A stretch of 64,000 nucleotides of DNA, taken from assembly GCA_963704305.1 (NCBI GenBank), contig OY969888.1, positions 3,627,247 through 3,691,246 of the forward strand, read 5' to 3'. Shown here in pieces: positions 49,124-60,169 of the stretch. A model generated the notes under the pieces. The model searched no databases and was not told the origin of the DNA. It saw only the letters and a program-made list of their open reading frames with translations. Positions within the stretch are counted from its first letter, which is position 1; every line of letters begins with the position of its first letter. The DNA is from an uncultured Bacteroidota bacterium (GTDB lineage: Bacteria; Bacteroidota; Ignavibacteria; Kryptoniales; JAKASW01). Both the position numbers and the translations under genes were made by a program.

Positions 49124-50299
49124 TCACCTTTCGATTAATAAACCTGCTGCCTCTCCTCCACCTATGCAGATGGCCGCTATGCCTTTGCGAGCATTTATTC
49201 TCTGCATCGCATAGATGAGTGTGGTCAATATCCTCGTGCCGCTCGCACCGATTGGATGTCCTAATGCAACGGCGCCGCCTTGTATATCGACCTTATTCAG
49301 ATCCAGCTCAAGTATCTTCGTGACAGCAAGAGAAACGACAGAGAATGCTTCGTTGATTTCGAAAAGGTCTATGTTTTCCTTTGTAAGACCAGTCTTGTTC
49401 AAGAGCTTCTGAATCACCGTTGCAGGAGCCGTCGTGAACCACTCAGGTGCCTGCGCGGCCGACGCTTGCGCAACAATTCTCGCGAGAGGTTTGACACCGA
49501 GCTCGATTGCCTTTTCCTCCGACATCAGCACAACCGCAGCGGCGCCGTCGTTCAGCTTGCTGGCGTTTGCTGCAGTCACTGTACCATCTTTCTGAAATGC
49601 CGGTTTCAGCTGTGGAATTTTTTCAAATTTCACTTTGCGCGGTTCCTCATCCTCTTCAATGAGCACCGGCAAGCCATCTTTCCCCTTCACCGGGACTGAG
49701 ACGATTTCTGCTTTGAAGTAGCCCTTCTCAATCGCATCCAGGGTACGGCGATAGCTCGTTGCCGCGAACTCGTCTTGAGCTTCGCGAGGGACATGACACT
49801 CCCGCGCGCACAACTCTGCTGCATTGCCCATGTGGTAATTGTTGTAGACATCCCACAGACCGTCCTTCACCATTGAGTCCACAAGCTTTCCGTCGCCCAT
49901 CCTGTAACCGGTTCTCGCCTTCTCAAGCAAGTACGGAGCATTTGACATACTTTCCATGCCGCCAGCGACCATGATGTCGGCCTCGCCTGTCATAATCGTG
50001 AGAGCTCCCATCATCACCGATTTCAGACCTGACCCGCAGACCTTATTTATGGTGGTACACGGAGTAGTGTCGGGTAGTCCGGCGAAAATCGCTGCCTGCC
50101 TTGCAGGTGCTTGTCCGACCCCAGCCGTCAAGACGCATCCCATGAAAACTTCCTCGACTTGCTGCGGACTGATTCCTGCACGCCTGACTGCCTCTTGAAT
50201 TACGATTGAACCTAACCCCGGTGCGGTAAGACTACTCAATGCCCCTTGGAAAGAGCCGATTGGAGTGCGACAGGCGCTGGCTATGACCACCTGCCTCAT
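49124..50299 (-). CDS. Acetyl-CoA C-acetyltransferase (thiolase)
   Basis: INKVCGSG, NEAF, GHPIGASG, CIGGG. Confidence 0.95.
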   Translation of the reverse strand: MRQVVIASACRTPIGSFQGALSSLTAPGLGSIVIQEAVRRAGISPQQVEEVFMGCVLTAGVGQAPARQAAIFAGLPDTTPCTTINKVCGSGLKSVMMGALTIMTGEADIMVAGGMESMSNAPYLLEKARTGYRMGDGKLVDSMVKDGLWDVYNNYHMGNAAELCARECHVPREAQDEFAATSYRRTLDAIEKGYFKAEIVSVPVKGKDGLPVLIEEDEEPRKVKFEKIPQLKPAFQKDGTVTAANASKLNDGAAAVVLMSEEKAIELGVKPLARIVAQASAAQAPEWFTTAPATVIQKLLNKTGLTKENIDLFEINEAFSVVSLAVTKILELDLNKVDIQGGAVALGHPIGASGTRILTTLIYAMQRINARKGIAAICIGGGEAAGLLIER

Positions 50300-50313
50300 G
50301 TCAACCTCCTTTC

Positions 50314-51615
50314 TTAGCTGTTCATCGCTTTGAGGAATTCCTTATTGTTTTTCGTGCCCCTCATTTTGTCAAGCAAGAATTCCATGGCATCGACCGGCGC
50401 GTAATCGCTAAGTATTTTCCGCAAGACCCAGATCCTGTTGAGTTCATCAGGTGAAAGAAGAAGTTCTTCATGTCTGGTCGAGCTTTTGTTAACGTCGATG
50501 GCCGGAAATACTCTCTTGTCGGCGAGCTCGCGGGTTAATACTACTTCCATATTACCTGTTCCCTTGAACTCCTCGAAGATTACTTCGTCCATCCTGCTTC
50601 CGGTCTCAATCAGAGCTGTCCCCATGATCGTCAGGCTCCCGCCTTCTTCGATATTTCTGGCCGCACCAAAGAACCTCTTTGGTTTGATGAGTGCGTTTGA
50701 GTCGATACCGCCCGACAGGATTTTGCCGCTATGTGGCACCGTGGCATTGTAGGCTCTGGCAAGTCGAGTGATGCTGTCGAGAAGAATGACCACGTGGTTC
50801 TTCGACTCTACGAGCCGTCTGGCTTTTTCCAAAACCATCTCCGCAACCTGAGTATGCCTTTGCGGTTCTTCGTCAAATGTCGAGCTGACGACTTCGGCAT
50901 TCACCGACCTTTCCATATCTGTGACTTCTTCAGGCCGCTCATCGATCAAAAGAACGATCAGCCGGACATCCGGATGGTTGCGGGTTATGCTATTCGCAAT
51001 CTTCTGAAGCAAGATCGTTTTGCCGGCCTTCGGCGGAGAAACTATCATTCCGCGCTGCCCTTTGCCGATCGGCGCGAGGAGATCGATAATCCTCATCGAG
51101 TACTCACCGGGGACACTTTCAAGATGCATCTTCTCATTCGGATACAGCGGTGTGAGATTATCGAACATCACTCTCTCACGAGTGAACTCAGGATCGCGGA
51201 AGTTTACTCGCTCGACGCGCAGGAGAGCGAAGAACTTCTCACCTTCCTTCGGGGGACGAATTTGTCCGCTGACCGTGTCTCCGGTCATAAGGCTGAACTT
51301 CTTGATTTGCGACGGCGAAACGTAGATGTCATCAGGCGATGAGAGATAATTATATTTCGGCGAGCGCAGGAATCCGTAGCCGTCTCCATGGACATCGAGA
51401 ACCCCTGCACTGACAGAGATGCCCGGCGATTCCGGTTGAAATGGTGTCTCGCTTTGAGGCACCTCTCTCACGGCTGCTGTGCTCTGCTTTTCCATAATCT
51501 TAAAAATCACTTCCTCTTTCCTGAGTCCGCTGAATCCGGGAATCTCGAGCTCTCTCGCCAACTTATGCAATTCTGCAACTTTCATTCCCTGCAGCTCTGC
51601 AAGATCTACAGTCAT
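50314..51615 (-). CDS. rho: Transcription termination factor Rho
   Basis: [44 protein letters not shown]. Confidence 0.98.
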   Translation of the reverse strand: MTVDLAELQGMKVAELHKLARELEIPGFSGLRKEEVIFKIMEKQSTAAVREVPQSETPFQPESPGISVSAGVLDVHGDGYGFLRSPKYNYLSSPDDIYVSPSQIKKFSLMTGDTVSGQIRPPKEGEKFFALLRVERVNFRDPEFTRERVMFDNLTPLYPNEKMHLESVPGEYSMRIIDLLAPIGKGQRGMIVSPPKAGKTILLQKIANSITRNHPDVRLIVLLIDERPEEVTDMERSVNAEVVSSTFDEEPQRHTQVAEMVLEKARRLVESKNHVVILLDSITRLARAYNATVPHSGKILSGGIDSNALIKPKRFFGAARNIEEGGSLTIMGTALIETGSRMDEVIFEEFKGTGNMEVVLTRELADKRVFPAIDVNKSSTRHEELLLSPDELNRIWVLRKILSDYAPVDAMEFLLDKMRGTKNNKEFLKAMNS

Positions 51616-51762
51616 TGAAACCTACCTCCTAAAGGTTTTTGTTACGACCAAAACATTGAAAGAATCCTGACGGCAGTGTTGTGCACACTACAATGAGAAG
51701 CTTGTTGTGTGTGATCTATTTACCCTTCATCAGGTTCGGATGGAATTAAATAAGAACGGATT

Positions 51763-51790
51763 AATATAGTTATAGACTTTCAAAAGTCAA
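51763..51790 (-). promoter_or_regulatory. Putative rho promoter, giving a leader of about 140 nt
   Basis: Minus strand TTGACT-16 nt-TATATT overlapping the folC 3' end. Confidence 0.45.
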
Positions 51791-53080
51791 TACCCTCTTT
51801 TCCAATATCGGCAGGATCTCACCCGCCAGATAATGGGAGCCCGTAATCAAGAGAAATCTATCATTGTTAATTTGGGTTAATGCGAATCTTAACGCCTCAG
51901 AGGAATTGTCGAAGACTTGCGAATTTAATTTAACATGCTCGGATAACTTTTTCAACTCCGCAACGTTCAGCGATCGCCCGGTCTGAAGCTGAGTCAAGAT
52001 AACTTTTGCGATCCTTTCGTGCAAGATGGTCAGCATCGTTGCCGCATCCTTATCCCTCATCGCAGCGAAAAGCAACACGCCTTCCCTCTCGGTATCGCTT
52101 AACAACGGACAACCATCGATTAGTGCCCGCATGGCGTCCGGGTTGTGAGCAACGTCAAGAATTATGAGTGGGTCACGAGACAGGATGTCGAACCTTCCCC
52201 TGTGTCCCGTGTTTTTCCCTATCTTCTCCATTCCTTCGTAAACTGCATCGGTAGGAACCTCGATACCCGATTCGGCCATGAGATGAAGTGTGGTTAGCGC
52301 AGTAAGCGCATTGCCAATCTGATGTCTTCCTCCAAGCCCAACCTTCAAGTCAGGGTATGTGGTCCCAAACACGGTTGCGTCGAAAACAGAGTTATCGGCA
52401 TCAGCCCTCAAGTTGTCAAATTTTGCAACGTCCTGCACAAAGTACATGTCAGACCCGCGGTCAGCACTGACTTTGTTGAAGACTTCTCTCAAAGATCCTG
52501 ATTCGACATTTGCGACCGCGGGACGACCGGACTTTATGATCCCCGCCTTCTCTCCTGCAATTTCATTGATCGAACGTCCGAGAATTTCAGTGTGGTCAAG
52601 TCCAATCCCGGTTATGACTGAAATCAAAGGATCGACAATATTGGTTGAGTCCAACCTTCCACCCAGACCTGTTTCAATTACGGCAAAGTCGACTCCTTCG
52701 TCTGCGAAGTACTTGAACATCATGGCAGTCGTGGCCTCGAAGAACGTCGCCTTCAGATCCATGATAGCTGGCTGAAAAAAACCGGTCAAGGCGACAACGT
52801 CCTTTTCCGGTATTTGCTTGCCGCCAATTTTGATTCGCTCTGTGAAACTCACCATATGCGGAGAAGTATACAGGCCAACGTTGAATCCTGCCGATGTCAA
52901 CACGCTGGCTATTGCCGAACATGTGCTTCCCTTGCCGTTTGTCCCGGCGACATGCACCACTCTCAAGTTTGTATGGGGCTCGCCAGCATACTTCATCAGA
53001 GAAGTGATGTTCTGCAAGTTCAACTTCATTCCAAACTTTTCCAGACCGAAGAGAAAATCCGTTGCTGCCTGATAATTCAA
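51770..53080 (-). CDS. folC: Folylpolyglutamate synthase/dihydrofolate synthase
   Basis: HVAGTNGKGST, YTSPH, ETGLGGRLDSTN, DVAHNP. Confidence 0.96.
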   Translation of the reverse strand: MNYQAATDFLFGLEKFGMKLNLQNITSLMKYAGEPHTNLRVVHVAGTNGKGSTCSAIASVLTSAGFNVGLYTSPHMVSFTERIKIGGKQIPEKDVVALTGFFQPAIMDLKATFFEATTAMMFKYFADEGVDFAVIETGLGGRLDSTNIVDPLISVITGIGLDHTEILGRSINEIAGEKAGIIKSGRPAVANVESGSLREVFNKVSADRGSDMYFVQDVAKFDNLRADADNSVFDATVFGTTYPDLKVGLGGRHQIGNALTALTTLHLMAESGIEVPTDAVYEGMEKIGKNTGHRGRFDILSRDPLIILDVAHNPDAMRALIDGCPLLSDTEREGVLLFAAMRDKDAATMLTILHERIAKVILTQLQTGRSLNVAELKKLSEHVKLNSQVFDNSSEALRFALTQINNDRFLLITGSHYLAGEILPILEKRVLTFESL

Positions 53081-53200
53081 TCTTACTCCTGACTAGCTAA
53101 ACAAGAATCCGAACTGGTGAGTTCAATGGCACAGAGATGGCGTCGATAACTTGATGTCAAAAATTATCAATGACGAAACCGTCCGCTCTTCAGGGGAGCT

Positions 53201-54154
53201 TCAGTGCAAGTTCCGGCTAAGATGTGGAACTACGCCTCTCTGGACGTCAACGTTTCCGATGAGTTGACTGATCTCTGTAATATTCATCCGAGAAAGATAT
53301 TCTTCGATTCCCTCCAGGAACTCAGATGGAGCGCGCGGTTTGCTAAATAATACTGTTCCTATTTGCACAGCCGTCGCTCCTGTGAGAAGATACTCGACAA
53401 CGTCTTGCCAATTAAACACGCCTCCGCTGGCGATGATGGGAATCTTCACTGAGTTGTGAACTTCGAAGACTTTCGCCATCGTTAGGGGTCTGATCGCCGG
53501 ACCAGACAGACCGCCAGTGACCGTATGAATCTTCGGCCTGCGTTTGTAAATGTCCACTGCCATGCCGACATAGGTGTTTGCAACTGTCAGAGCATTGGCA
53601 CCCGATGCCTCCGCGGCCATGGCAAACTCACTTATCCTGGTTACATTCGGCGTAAGCTTAACAATGAGAATTCTGCGGAAAACATCCCTGACCCTTTTCA
53701 CGATTTCACTCAATGTCTTCAGATCAGTCCCAAATTCGATTCCCCCTTCCTTCACATTCGGGCAGGATAAGTTCAGCTCAAGTGCTTTTACATCGTCATG
53801 GGTAGACAATCTCGATGCAAGCTCGACATAATCTTCAATTCTTTTCGCAGCGATGTTTGCTATGACAAGGGCACCGAGATCCTTCAATCGAGGAAGCTTA
53901 TCTTCGAGGAATTTCTGAATTCCAATATTTGATAGCCCAATGGAATTAAGCATACCGCAGGCGACCTCGGTAACGCGCGGCGGCTCATTGCCAATCTTCG
54001 GTTTGAGCGTGAGCGATTTCGACACGACCGCCCCGAGTATTGAAATGTCAAAGTAGGATTCCAGTTCATCGCCGTACCCGCATGTTCCGGAGGCGGTCAT
54101 CAACGGGTTTTTCAGTTCAAGGCCGGAGAGATTGACCTTCAAGCTTGGTTTCAT
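53201..54154 (-). CDS. pyrD: Dihydroorotate dehydrogenase, class 1B catalytic subunit
   Basis: ASGTCG, MLNSIGL, ELNLSCPNV, KLTPN, GGLSGPAI; paired with pyrK. Confidence 0.94.
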   Translation of the reverse strand: MKPSLKVNLSGLELKNPLMTASGTCGYGDELESYFDISILGAVVSKSLTLKPKIGNEPPRVTEVACGMLNSIGLSNIGIQKFLEDKLPRLKDLGALVIANIAAKRIEDYVELASRLSTHDDVKALELNLSCPNVKEGGIEFGTDLKTLSEIVKRVRDVFRRILIVKLTPNVTRISEFAMAAEASGANALTVANTYVGMAVDIYKRRPKIHTVTGGLSGPAIRPLTMAKVFEVHNSVKIPIIASGGVFNWQDVVEYLLTGATAVQIGTVLFSKPRAPSEFLEGIEEYLSRMNITEISQLIGNVDVQRGVVPHLSRNLH

Positions 54155-54159
54155 GTTCT

Positions 54160-54936
54160 CTATTTCTGAGTTAGAAGTTCAATCTTTCCTGCCTCGAAGA
54201 CGGGGCCATCCTTACATGCAAGGTAATAACCTTCCTCCTCATTTTTTTTGACAGGACATCCCTGGCATAACCCCATCCCGCATGCCATCGGAGTTTCGAC
54301 CGACAGGTACGTCTTTACGACCAGTCCAACCTCTCGTTGAAGTGCTACCAGCATAGGCGTCGGTCCGCATGCGAAAATCTTGTCCGGGGTTTTCGTCTTT
54401 AGATATTTCAGCGCCAGGTCCACGACCGTACCATGATAACCTCGTGAGCCATCATCCGTTGCATAATGGATTGAATTCTTCTTGACATGGATCAGTTGAG
54501 CTTTCGTTCTTGCTCCATAGAATATCTCGAGCTTCGCTCCGGATTTCACCGCGGTCTTGATCAGAATCGGAATCAAAGCGGCCCCCGATCCTCCGACGAT
54601 ACTCCAAACAGCCTCCCCCTTTGACAACTTTGGAAATCCTTTCCCGAGCGGACCGTTCAATATTGCAGTGTCGCCGGGCCTGAGTCGCGAGAGTCTGGTA
54701 GTTCCCTTTCCAATTGCAACATACAAGAGCGAGAGACTAACCCTTCCAACATCGCAGACCGAGAAAGCCCTTGGCAGCAAAGGATCTTCGCATAGCGGGA
54801 AAGAAACCATGACAAACTGCCCGGCCTTCACACGGGAAGCGATTTTCCTGGAATGGAACTCCGTCAAAAAAGTTCTGTCGGCCACCTTGCGAGTTCTTAT
54901 CACAGAAGCAGTCTCGAGGAACAAAGTGTCCGACAA
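54160..54936 (-). CDS. pyrK: Dihydroorotate dehydrogenase electron-transfer subunit
   Basis: GQFVM, GPLGKGF, ACGPTPM, MACGMGLCQGC...CKDGPVF. Confidence 0.92.
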   Translation of the reverse strand: MSDTLFLETASVIRTRKVADRTFLTEFHSRKIASRVKAGQFVMVSFPLCEDPLLPRAFSVCDVGRVSLSLLYVAIGKGTTRLSRLRPGDTAILNGPLGKGFPKLSKGEAVWSIVGGSGAALIPILIKTAVKSGAKLEIFYGARTKAQLIHVKKNSIHYATDDGSRGYHGTVVDLALKYLKTKTPDKIFACGPTPMLVALQREVGLVVKTYLSVETPMACGMGLCQGCPVKKNEEEGYYLACKDGPVFEAGKIELLTQK

Positions 54937-54938
54937 AT

Positions 54939-57083
54939 TTATTTCTCTGGTCTGTTCACTTCTTTTTGTTTTTCGCGATGTGCGGTCAGAGAATCCGCGG
55001 CTCGCAACGAATCCAATTTCAGAAGATTTAATGGAACCACCAGCTGCCTGCTCGAGTCGGAGATCGTCTTCGTCCTGTCACCGGACAGTCCGCGGCGCAC
55101 AGCAAGTGAATCCAGTGCTGCTCGAATCGGAGTCGCTGCGGAGTCTGATCTCTGTGGTGTCACCGTACCTGGGGAGGTAACAGGCTTGTCTCGTTCGATA
55201 GTATTGGGGATTGTCAATTTTTGGGCGGCCGCTATCGAGTCTGCAATACGTTTTCTTGCAGCTATGCTGTCTTGCTCCGCCTGCTGGTAACCGGCTAGCG
55301 CCAAAGTCACGTTCGAGCTGAAGTTACTTGATGGATACAGCGTCGACAGCTTTTTGTAATATACAAACGCTGAATCCAGCTGTACCATCTTGTTCTCGTA
55401 AATCCAACCTATCGAGTAAAGGACCTGAGGAACTATCGATGACTTCGGGTTCTGCAGCAAGCTCTTCAACATGACCACCGCGGAATCATATTTATTCCGG
55501 TTTTCAAGACTCATCGCTTCGGAGTATTTGTCCTGTGAAGAATCCACCGTTGTCTTGATGGCTGTTCCCAAAAGCGAACTTGCCGAGACTGCAAATGATG
55601 ACTCCGGACGTTCTCTAAGGAGCTGATCCAGGTAGTTCTTTCCCGTGGCAGTGTCCCCTGATGAATAATAATATTCACCGAGCGTATACAGCGCGGACGG
55701 ATAATCTCTCGACTTCGGGAAATCCTTGAGTATAATCTTGTAGTGATTTATCGCAGAGTCAGAGTTCTGAAGCTTGAACATGAAGAAGCCGGCAAGCGAC
55801 TGATTCGCATCCGCATCCTGTTCATAGAGTGTGTCAACTTTGGCGGCATACGATGCCGCTGCCGAATCTTTCTGCTGCGACAAAAGAACGGCCTTGTCAT
55901 ATGAACTGTCGGCGAGCAGCATCCTATATTCCGTAATGAAATACTCTTGTAGCGTTGAAGCCATCAGCTGAGCTCTGGTGTTCAGATTGCCGGCTTGTGG
56001 ATGGGACCCACACTTCTGGAAGAATTTCAGGGCCAATTGGTAATCGCCAACTTTATGAAGATAGACATTGGCGAGCCGGTAGGCGCTCCGTGTTGAAGCT
56101 TCGCTCGTCGCGTAGGCGGTGTCTATGCGCTGGAATTCCGCGACTGCTGAGGAGACCGCGCCCGAATCGTAGAGGACTTCTGCCTTTTGATATTCGACGA
56201 TCGGGAAGAATTGGTAATACTTGTCATCATCTCTGAGATAGTTCAGATATCCCAGAGCGACGTAAAATTTCCCCTGCACTCTCTGTGTACGGGCAAGATA
56301 ATACCTAGAATAAAACTTAAGCCGTACGTCCCTCGCTTGATCCCATGCTCTCTCATAGGCACGCTGCGCTCGATCGTAGCTTCCGATGATCTCGAGTAGA
56401 TTCCCTTCATCACAAGCATAGATGGCAGCGGCATCATCCTCAGAAAAAGTCATGGCTGAATCGAGGTAAGCAGCGGCAGTTACGGTATCGCCTTGTCCGA
56501 GGAAATAGTCCGAAAGGTCATTTGCGGTTTGTGCGGCCACTTCCCGATTCTTCTGCTTTTCTGCCAGCGCAATGGCTTTGAGCAGATCAGCATAACCGCT
56601 CTGGTAGTTTCTATCTTTTACCTCAAGACTTCCATAGTACATCTGAGCTTCGGCGAATCGATTGCTGTTCGGGAATTTTGACTCGGCCTCGACAAATTTT
56701 CTTCCCGCGCGAAGATTATCTTCCTCGTAATAATAGCTTATCCCGATTATGAAGAGACAGTCTTCAGTAAACTCGGAAGTCGGATAAAGCTGTAGGACCT
56801 TGGACGCTTTCTCTATCGCCTGGTCAAAATTCTGTCGGGCAGTTGCGCTTATTTGAAATGCAGTGACCGGCTGCCCGGAAATTATTGCGATCTCCCGATC
56901 TCTGATCGCATTCTCGACATCCTTCAGAGCCAGTTCATAAGCATGTTTCCCGATGTAGAATGTATTGAAGTAAGCTGAAAAATTCTCGTATCCGTCTTTC
57001 ACAGAGCTCCAAACAAAGCAGCCCGCGAAGACTGCGGAGATGAGAGCGAGAACCGGGATGATAATGTGAGATTTTTTGCGCAC
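54939..57083 (-). CDS. TPR-repeat lipoprotein, PorW/SprE-like
   Basis: Lipobox FAGC; ENFSAYFNTFY and AIEKASKVLQLYPTS N-terminal pattern; many TPRs; low-complexity tail. Confidence 0.6.
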   Translation of the reverse strand: MRKKSHIIIPVLALISAVFAGCFVWSSVKDGYENFSAYFNTFYIGKHAYELALKDVENAIRDREIAIISGQPVTAFQISATARQNFDQAIEKASKVLQLYPTSEFTEDCLFIIGISYYYEEDNLRAGRKFVEAESKFPNSNRFAEAQMYYGSLEVKDRNYQSGYADLLKAIALAEKQKNREVAAQTANDLSDYFLGQGDTVTAAAYLDSAMTFSEDDAAAIYACDEGNLLEIIGSYDRAQRAYERAWDQARDVRLKFYSRYYLARTQRVQGKFYVALGYLNYLRDDDKYYQFFPIVEYQKAEVLYDSGAVSSAVAEFQRIDTAYATSEASTRSAYRLANVYLHKVGDYQLALKFFQKCGSHPQAGNLNTRAQLMASTLQEYFITEYRMLLADSSYDKAVLLSQQKDSAAASYAAKVDTLYEQDADANQSLAGFFMFKLQNSDSAINHYKIILKDFPKSRDYPSALYTLGEYYYSSGDTATGKNYLDQLLRERPESSFAVSASSLLGTAIKTTVDSSQDKYSEAMSLENRNKYDSAVVMLKSLLQNPKSSIVPQVLYSIGWIYENKMVQLDSAFVYYKKLSTLYPSSNFSSNVTLALAGYQQAEQDSIAARKRIADSIAAAQKLTIPNTIERDKPVTSPGTVTPQRSDSAATPIRAALDSLAVRRGLSGDRTKTISDSSRQLVVPLNLLKLDSLRAADSLTAHREKQKEVNRPEK

Positions 57084-57251
57084 TGAACTAATAAGACAAA
57101 ATAGGTTTCCGGAGAAATTAAAATCAAGCCGGCTATTGAACTCCTGTGCATGCGCGATGTTTCTGAGAACTTCATTACTATTCTTTCATTCAAAAGAAGT
57201 TGCGGATTTGTGGCAGCGATAGTTAACTTGAAATGTTATCTGGGCAAAACG

Positions 57252-58868
57252 ATGTATTCCTTATTTGATGGCTTGACCGAGGACGAAATCCAAGAAGTAT
57301 TGAAGGGATCCAGCGAAGAGACTGTTCCCGCCGGTAAGGTCATTTTCGAAGAAGGCAGTGTTGTCACCGCGCTGTATATCTTGAAGTCGGGCAGGATTGA
57401 AATCCGCAAACAAATTGACAGCAAAGACGAGACGATAGCTGTGCTTAACGCAGGGGATTTCGTGGGGGAATCTGTGGTGCTTGACGGCGGACACTTGCCC
57501 GTTGCCACGATCTCCGCCATCGCTGTTTCAAATTCGATAATAATCCGATTTGGCAGAGAGCAAATTCTTCCCCTTCTACGAGAGTTTCCGCAGATATACT
57601 GGAACATCGCCAAGACGTTGTCGAACAGGCTTCGCGCGTCCGATGAAACCCTCAAGATGCAAGCTCAGGTTCAACATCAATTCTCGAGAAGAGAAATCTC
57701 GAGGTTGAATGCGCTCATCGAAGCCACGCAATCGGTAAATTCCTCCCTGGAGTTGGAAAAGGTTTTGCAGCTCATTCTCGACGAGGCCATGCGGATCACA
57801 GACGCGGAGCGCGGGACGATCTATCTCGTTGACGAGAACACGAATGAGATTTGGTCGCGGGTTCTCGTTGGAAAAGAGATGAGCGAAATCAGACAGCCTA
57901 TCGGAAAAGGTATTTCCGGACATGTGGCCGAGACGGGCGAGACAATCAATATCCGGGATGCATACAATGACGCGAGGTTCAATCCGGAGTTCGACAAGAG
58001 AAGCGGTTTCAGGACAAAGAACATACTTTGCGTTCCGATGCGGAACAAGACGAACAAGATCATCGGCGTCTTCCAGCTTATTAATAAGAGGCAGGGCAAC
58101 TTCGACTCGGATGACGAAACATTCTTGAATGCATTCTCCATCCACGCCTCGATTGCAATCGAGAACTCACGTCTTGCACTTGAGATGGTGAAGAGCGAGC
58201 GACTTTCTGCGGTTGGGCGGATGGCCGGCACGATTATCCACGACATAAAGAATCCAATGTCGACCATTCGGGTTTACGCACAGGTATTGAAGAAGAAAGC
58301 AGGAAACGAGGAAGCAGCAAACCTCGTGGACGAGATAACCAAGCAGATCGACAGGCTCGTCAATATGGCACAAGAGGTCCTTGACTTTTCGCGCGGTGTC
58401 TCGCAAATGAACGTTCAAAAGCTGAAGTTCAATGAATTCCTGTCAGGTGTCCTCTGGTTCTTGCAGAAAGATTTCGAGAAACGGAACATAGAGCTCCATA
58501 ACGAAAGCACTTTCGACGGCGAAATCGAAATTGACGCCGACAAGATGACAAGAGTTATTCTCAACATCGCCGGTAACGCGGCTGATGCAATGCCTGGTGG
58601 AGGAAAGTTTTACGTCCGTTCAAATGTTAAAGATGACGATGTTGCAATCGAGATCGAGTTGGAAGATACCGGAAGTGGCATGCCGGAAGAAGTCCGAAGG
58701 AAGATCTTCGAGCCATTTGTCACTTACGGTAAGAAACATGGTACAGGGCTGGGCATGGCAATCGTGAAGAAGATAATGGACGATCATAGAGGCAGCATCG
58801 ACGTATCGAGTGAAGTAGGAAGGGGGACTAAGATGGTTTTGAGGCTACCGATCAGGCAGACAAAATGA
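57252..58868 (+). CDS. Cytoplasmic histidine kinase with cNMP-binding and GAF domains
   Basis: IFEEG..LYILKSG...GDFVGE; GAF with DAYNDARFN..D.RSGFRTKNILCVP and NK..G.F...DE; HDIKNP, DTGSG, GTGLG. Confidence 0.9.
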   Translation: MYSLFDGLTEDEIQEVLKGSSEETVPAGKVIFEEGSVVTALYILKSGRIEIRKQIDSKDETIAVLNAGDFVGESVVLDGGHLPVATISAIAVSNSIIIRFGREQILPLLREFPQIYWNIAKTLSNRLRASDETLKMQAQVQHQFSRREISRLNALIEATQSVNSSLELEKVLQLILDEAMRITDAERGTIYLVDENTNEIWSRVLVGKEMSEIRQPIGKGISGHVAETGETINIRDAYNDARFNPEFDKRSGFRTKNILCVPMRNKTNKIIGVFQLINKRQGNFDSDDETFLNAFSIHASIAIENSRLALEMVKSERLSAVGRMAGTIIHDIKNPMSTIRVYAQVLKKKAGNEEAANLVDEITKQIDRLVNMAQEVLDFSRGVSQMNVQKLKFNEFLSGVLWFLQKDFEKRNIELHNESTFDGEIEIDADKMTRVILNIAGNAADAMPGGGKFYVRSNVKDDDVAIEIELEDTGSGMPEEVRRKIFEPFVTYGKKHGTGLGMAIVKKIMDDHRGSIDVSSEVGRGTKMVLRLPIRQTK

Positions 58869-58927
58869 AGTTGCGGAAGGAAGCAGCTGGCCAGCGGTTG
58901 GCTCTTGGCGACCTGTAGTTTAGTGAG

Positions 58928-59452
58928 ATGATAGAGGCAATAAGAGGGGACATCACAGATTATGACGGAGATGCGATAGTCAACGCTGCGAACAACCATT
59001 TCTGGATGGGAGGCGGAGTTGCAGGAGCAATAAAACGGAAAGGCGGAGCGGCAATCGAACAGGAGGCAATTCAGCAAGGGCCGAGGCCTGTCGGAGAATC
59101 AGTTATTACGGGCGGCGGCGCTCTCAAGGCAAAATTCATAATTCACGCTGCTGTCATGGGACAGGAACTTCAGACCGATGGAACCAAGATTCGCGCAGCA
59201 ACACGATCGGCACTTCAGCTTGCAGACTCGAGAAAGTTACGTTCCATCGCATTCCCCGCTCTCGGAACCGGCGTTGGCGGATTTCCGCTGCGGGAAGCAG
59301 CAGAGATCATGGTCGGAGAAGCTGCATCATTCCTTCAGTCCTCACAATCGCTGTCTCGTGTCACATTCGTTTTGTTTGACGAAGAGGCGTACACCAGTTT
59401 CGCGAAAGAGGTCGATCGCGTGCACGAACGATCTGTTCGGGACAAGAAGTGA
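58928..59452 (+). CDS. Macro domain protein (YmdB/MacroD-like ADP-ribose hydrolase)
   Basis: GDIT...DAIVNAAN...GGGVAGAI, IIHA, FPALGTGVGGFP. Confidence 0.93.
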   Translation: MIEAIRGDITDYDGDAIVNAANNHFWMGGGVAGAIKRKGGAAIEQEAIQQGPRPVGESVITGGGALKAKFIIHAAVMGQELQTDGTKIRAATRSALQLADSRKLRSIAFPALGTGVGGFPLREAAEIMVGEAASFLQSSQSLSRVTFVLFDEEAYTSFAKEVDRVHERSVRDKK

Positions 59453-60147
59453 ACCGCTGCTCGGATTACATAAATCATTATAGGTTGGACGCCGAGCATT
59501 TCGATTACTTCACCAATCCGAACTTGTCGGAGCGCGCCTACGACGAACTGTTCAGAAGATTTGTCTGCAGGCTGGCCGGCAAGCAAAAAGCAGTTCTCGA
59601 TATCGGAAGCGGAAGCGGATGGACTTCCCGGATTCCTCACGAAAGAATTTACTTCGTTGATCTTTCTGCAAAAAACCTATCTGCTTTAAAACCGCCTTTT
59701 GAAAGCGCCTCTTCTCCCGTGTTAGCAGACGCACAACATCTCCCCTTCAAGACCGAGAGCCTGGAATTTGTAATCGCATCGGAAATTCTGGAACATCTCA
59801 ATTACCCCGAAGACGCATCGAAGGAGATCTGGAGAGTTCTGAAAAAAGGAGGTAAAGCAATCGTATCCACTCCATACAAAGAAAGAATTCGCTACTCGCT
59901 TTGCATTCACTGCAACCAGGTCACACCCATGAATGCTCATTTGCATAGCTTTGACCGGCAGGACCTCCTATCAATGTTTGCCAATGCAAAAAAGAAATAC
60001 TATCTGTTTGGGAGCAAGCTTCTTTCGCTGTTTCGAGCAGCTTCGGTATTCGAGAAGCTTCCTCTTTGGATGTGGAGACTTTTTGACTATCCGTTAACGA
60101 AACTTATTGACAAGGCTCAGCACATAATAGTCGTTCTTGAAAAGTAG
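59449..60147 (+). CDS. Class I SAM-dependent methyltransferase
   Basis: VLDIGSGSG, ADAQHLPF, SEILEHL, RVLKKGG; embedded CIHC. Confidence 0.85.
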   Translation: MNRCSDYINHYRLDAEHFDYFTNPNLSERAYDELFRRFVCRLAGKQKAVLDIGSGSGWTSRIPHERIYFVDLSAKNLSALKPPFESASSPVLADAQHLPFKTESLEFVIASEILEHLNYPEDASKEIWRVLKKGGKAIVSTPYKERIRYSLCIHCNQVTPMNAHLHSFDRQDLLSMFANAKKKYYLFGSKLLSLFRAASVFEKLPLWMWRLFDYPLTKLIDKAQHIIVVLEK

Positions 60148-60169
60148 GATCATGCGCGAACCGATCTGC

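Noticed and set aside
51700-51745. CTGATGA (minus strand) in the rho leader as a hammerhead core or fluoride riboswitch
   Set aside because: No stem II/GAAA partner and no other conserved riboswitch elements
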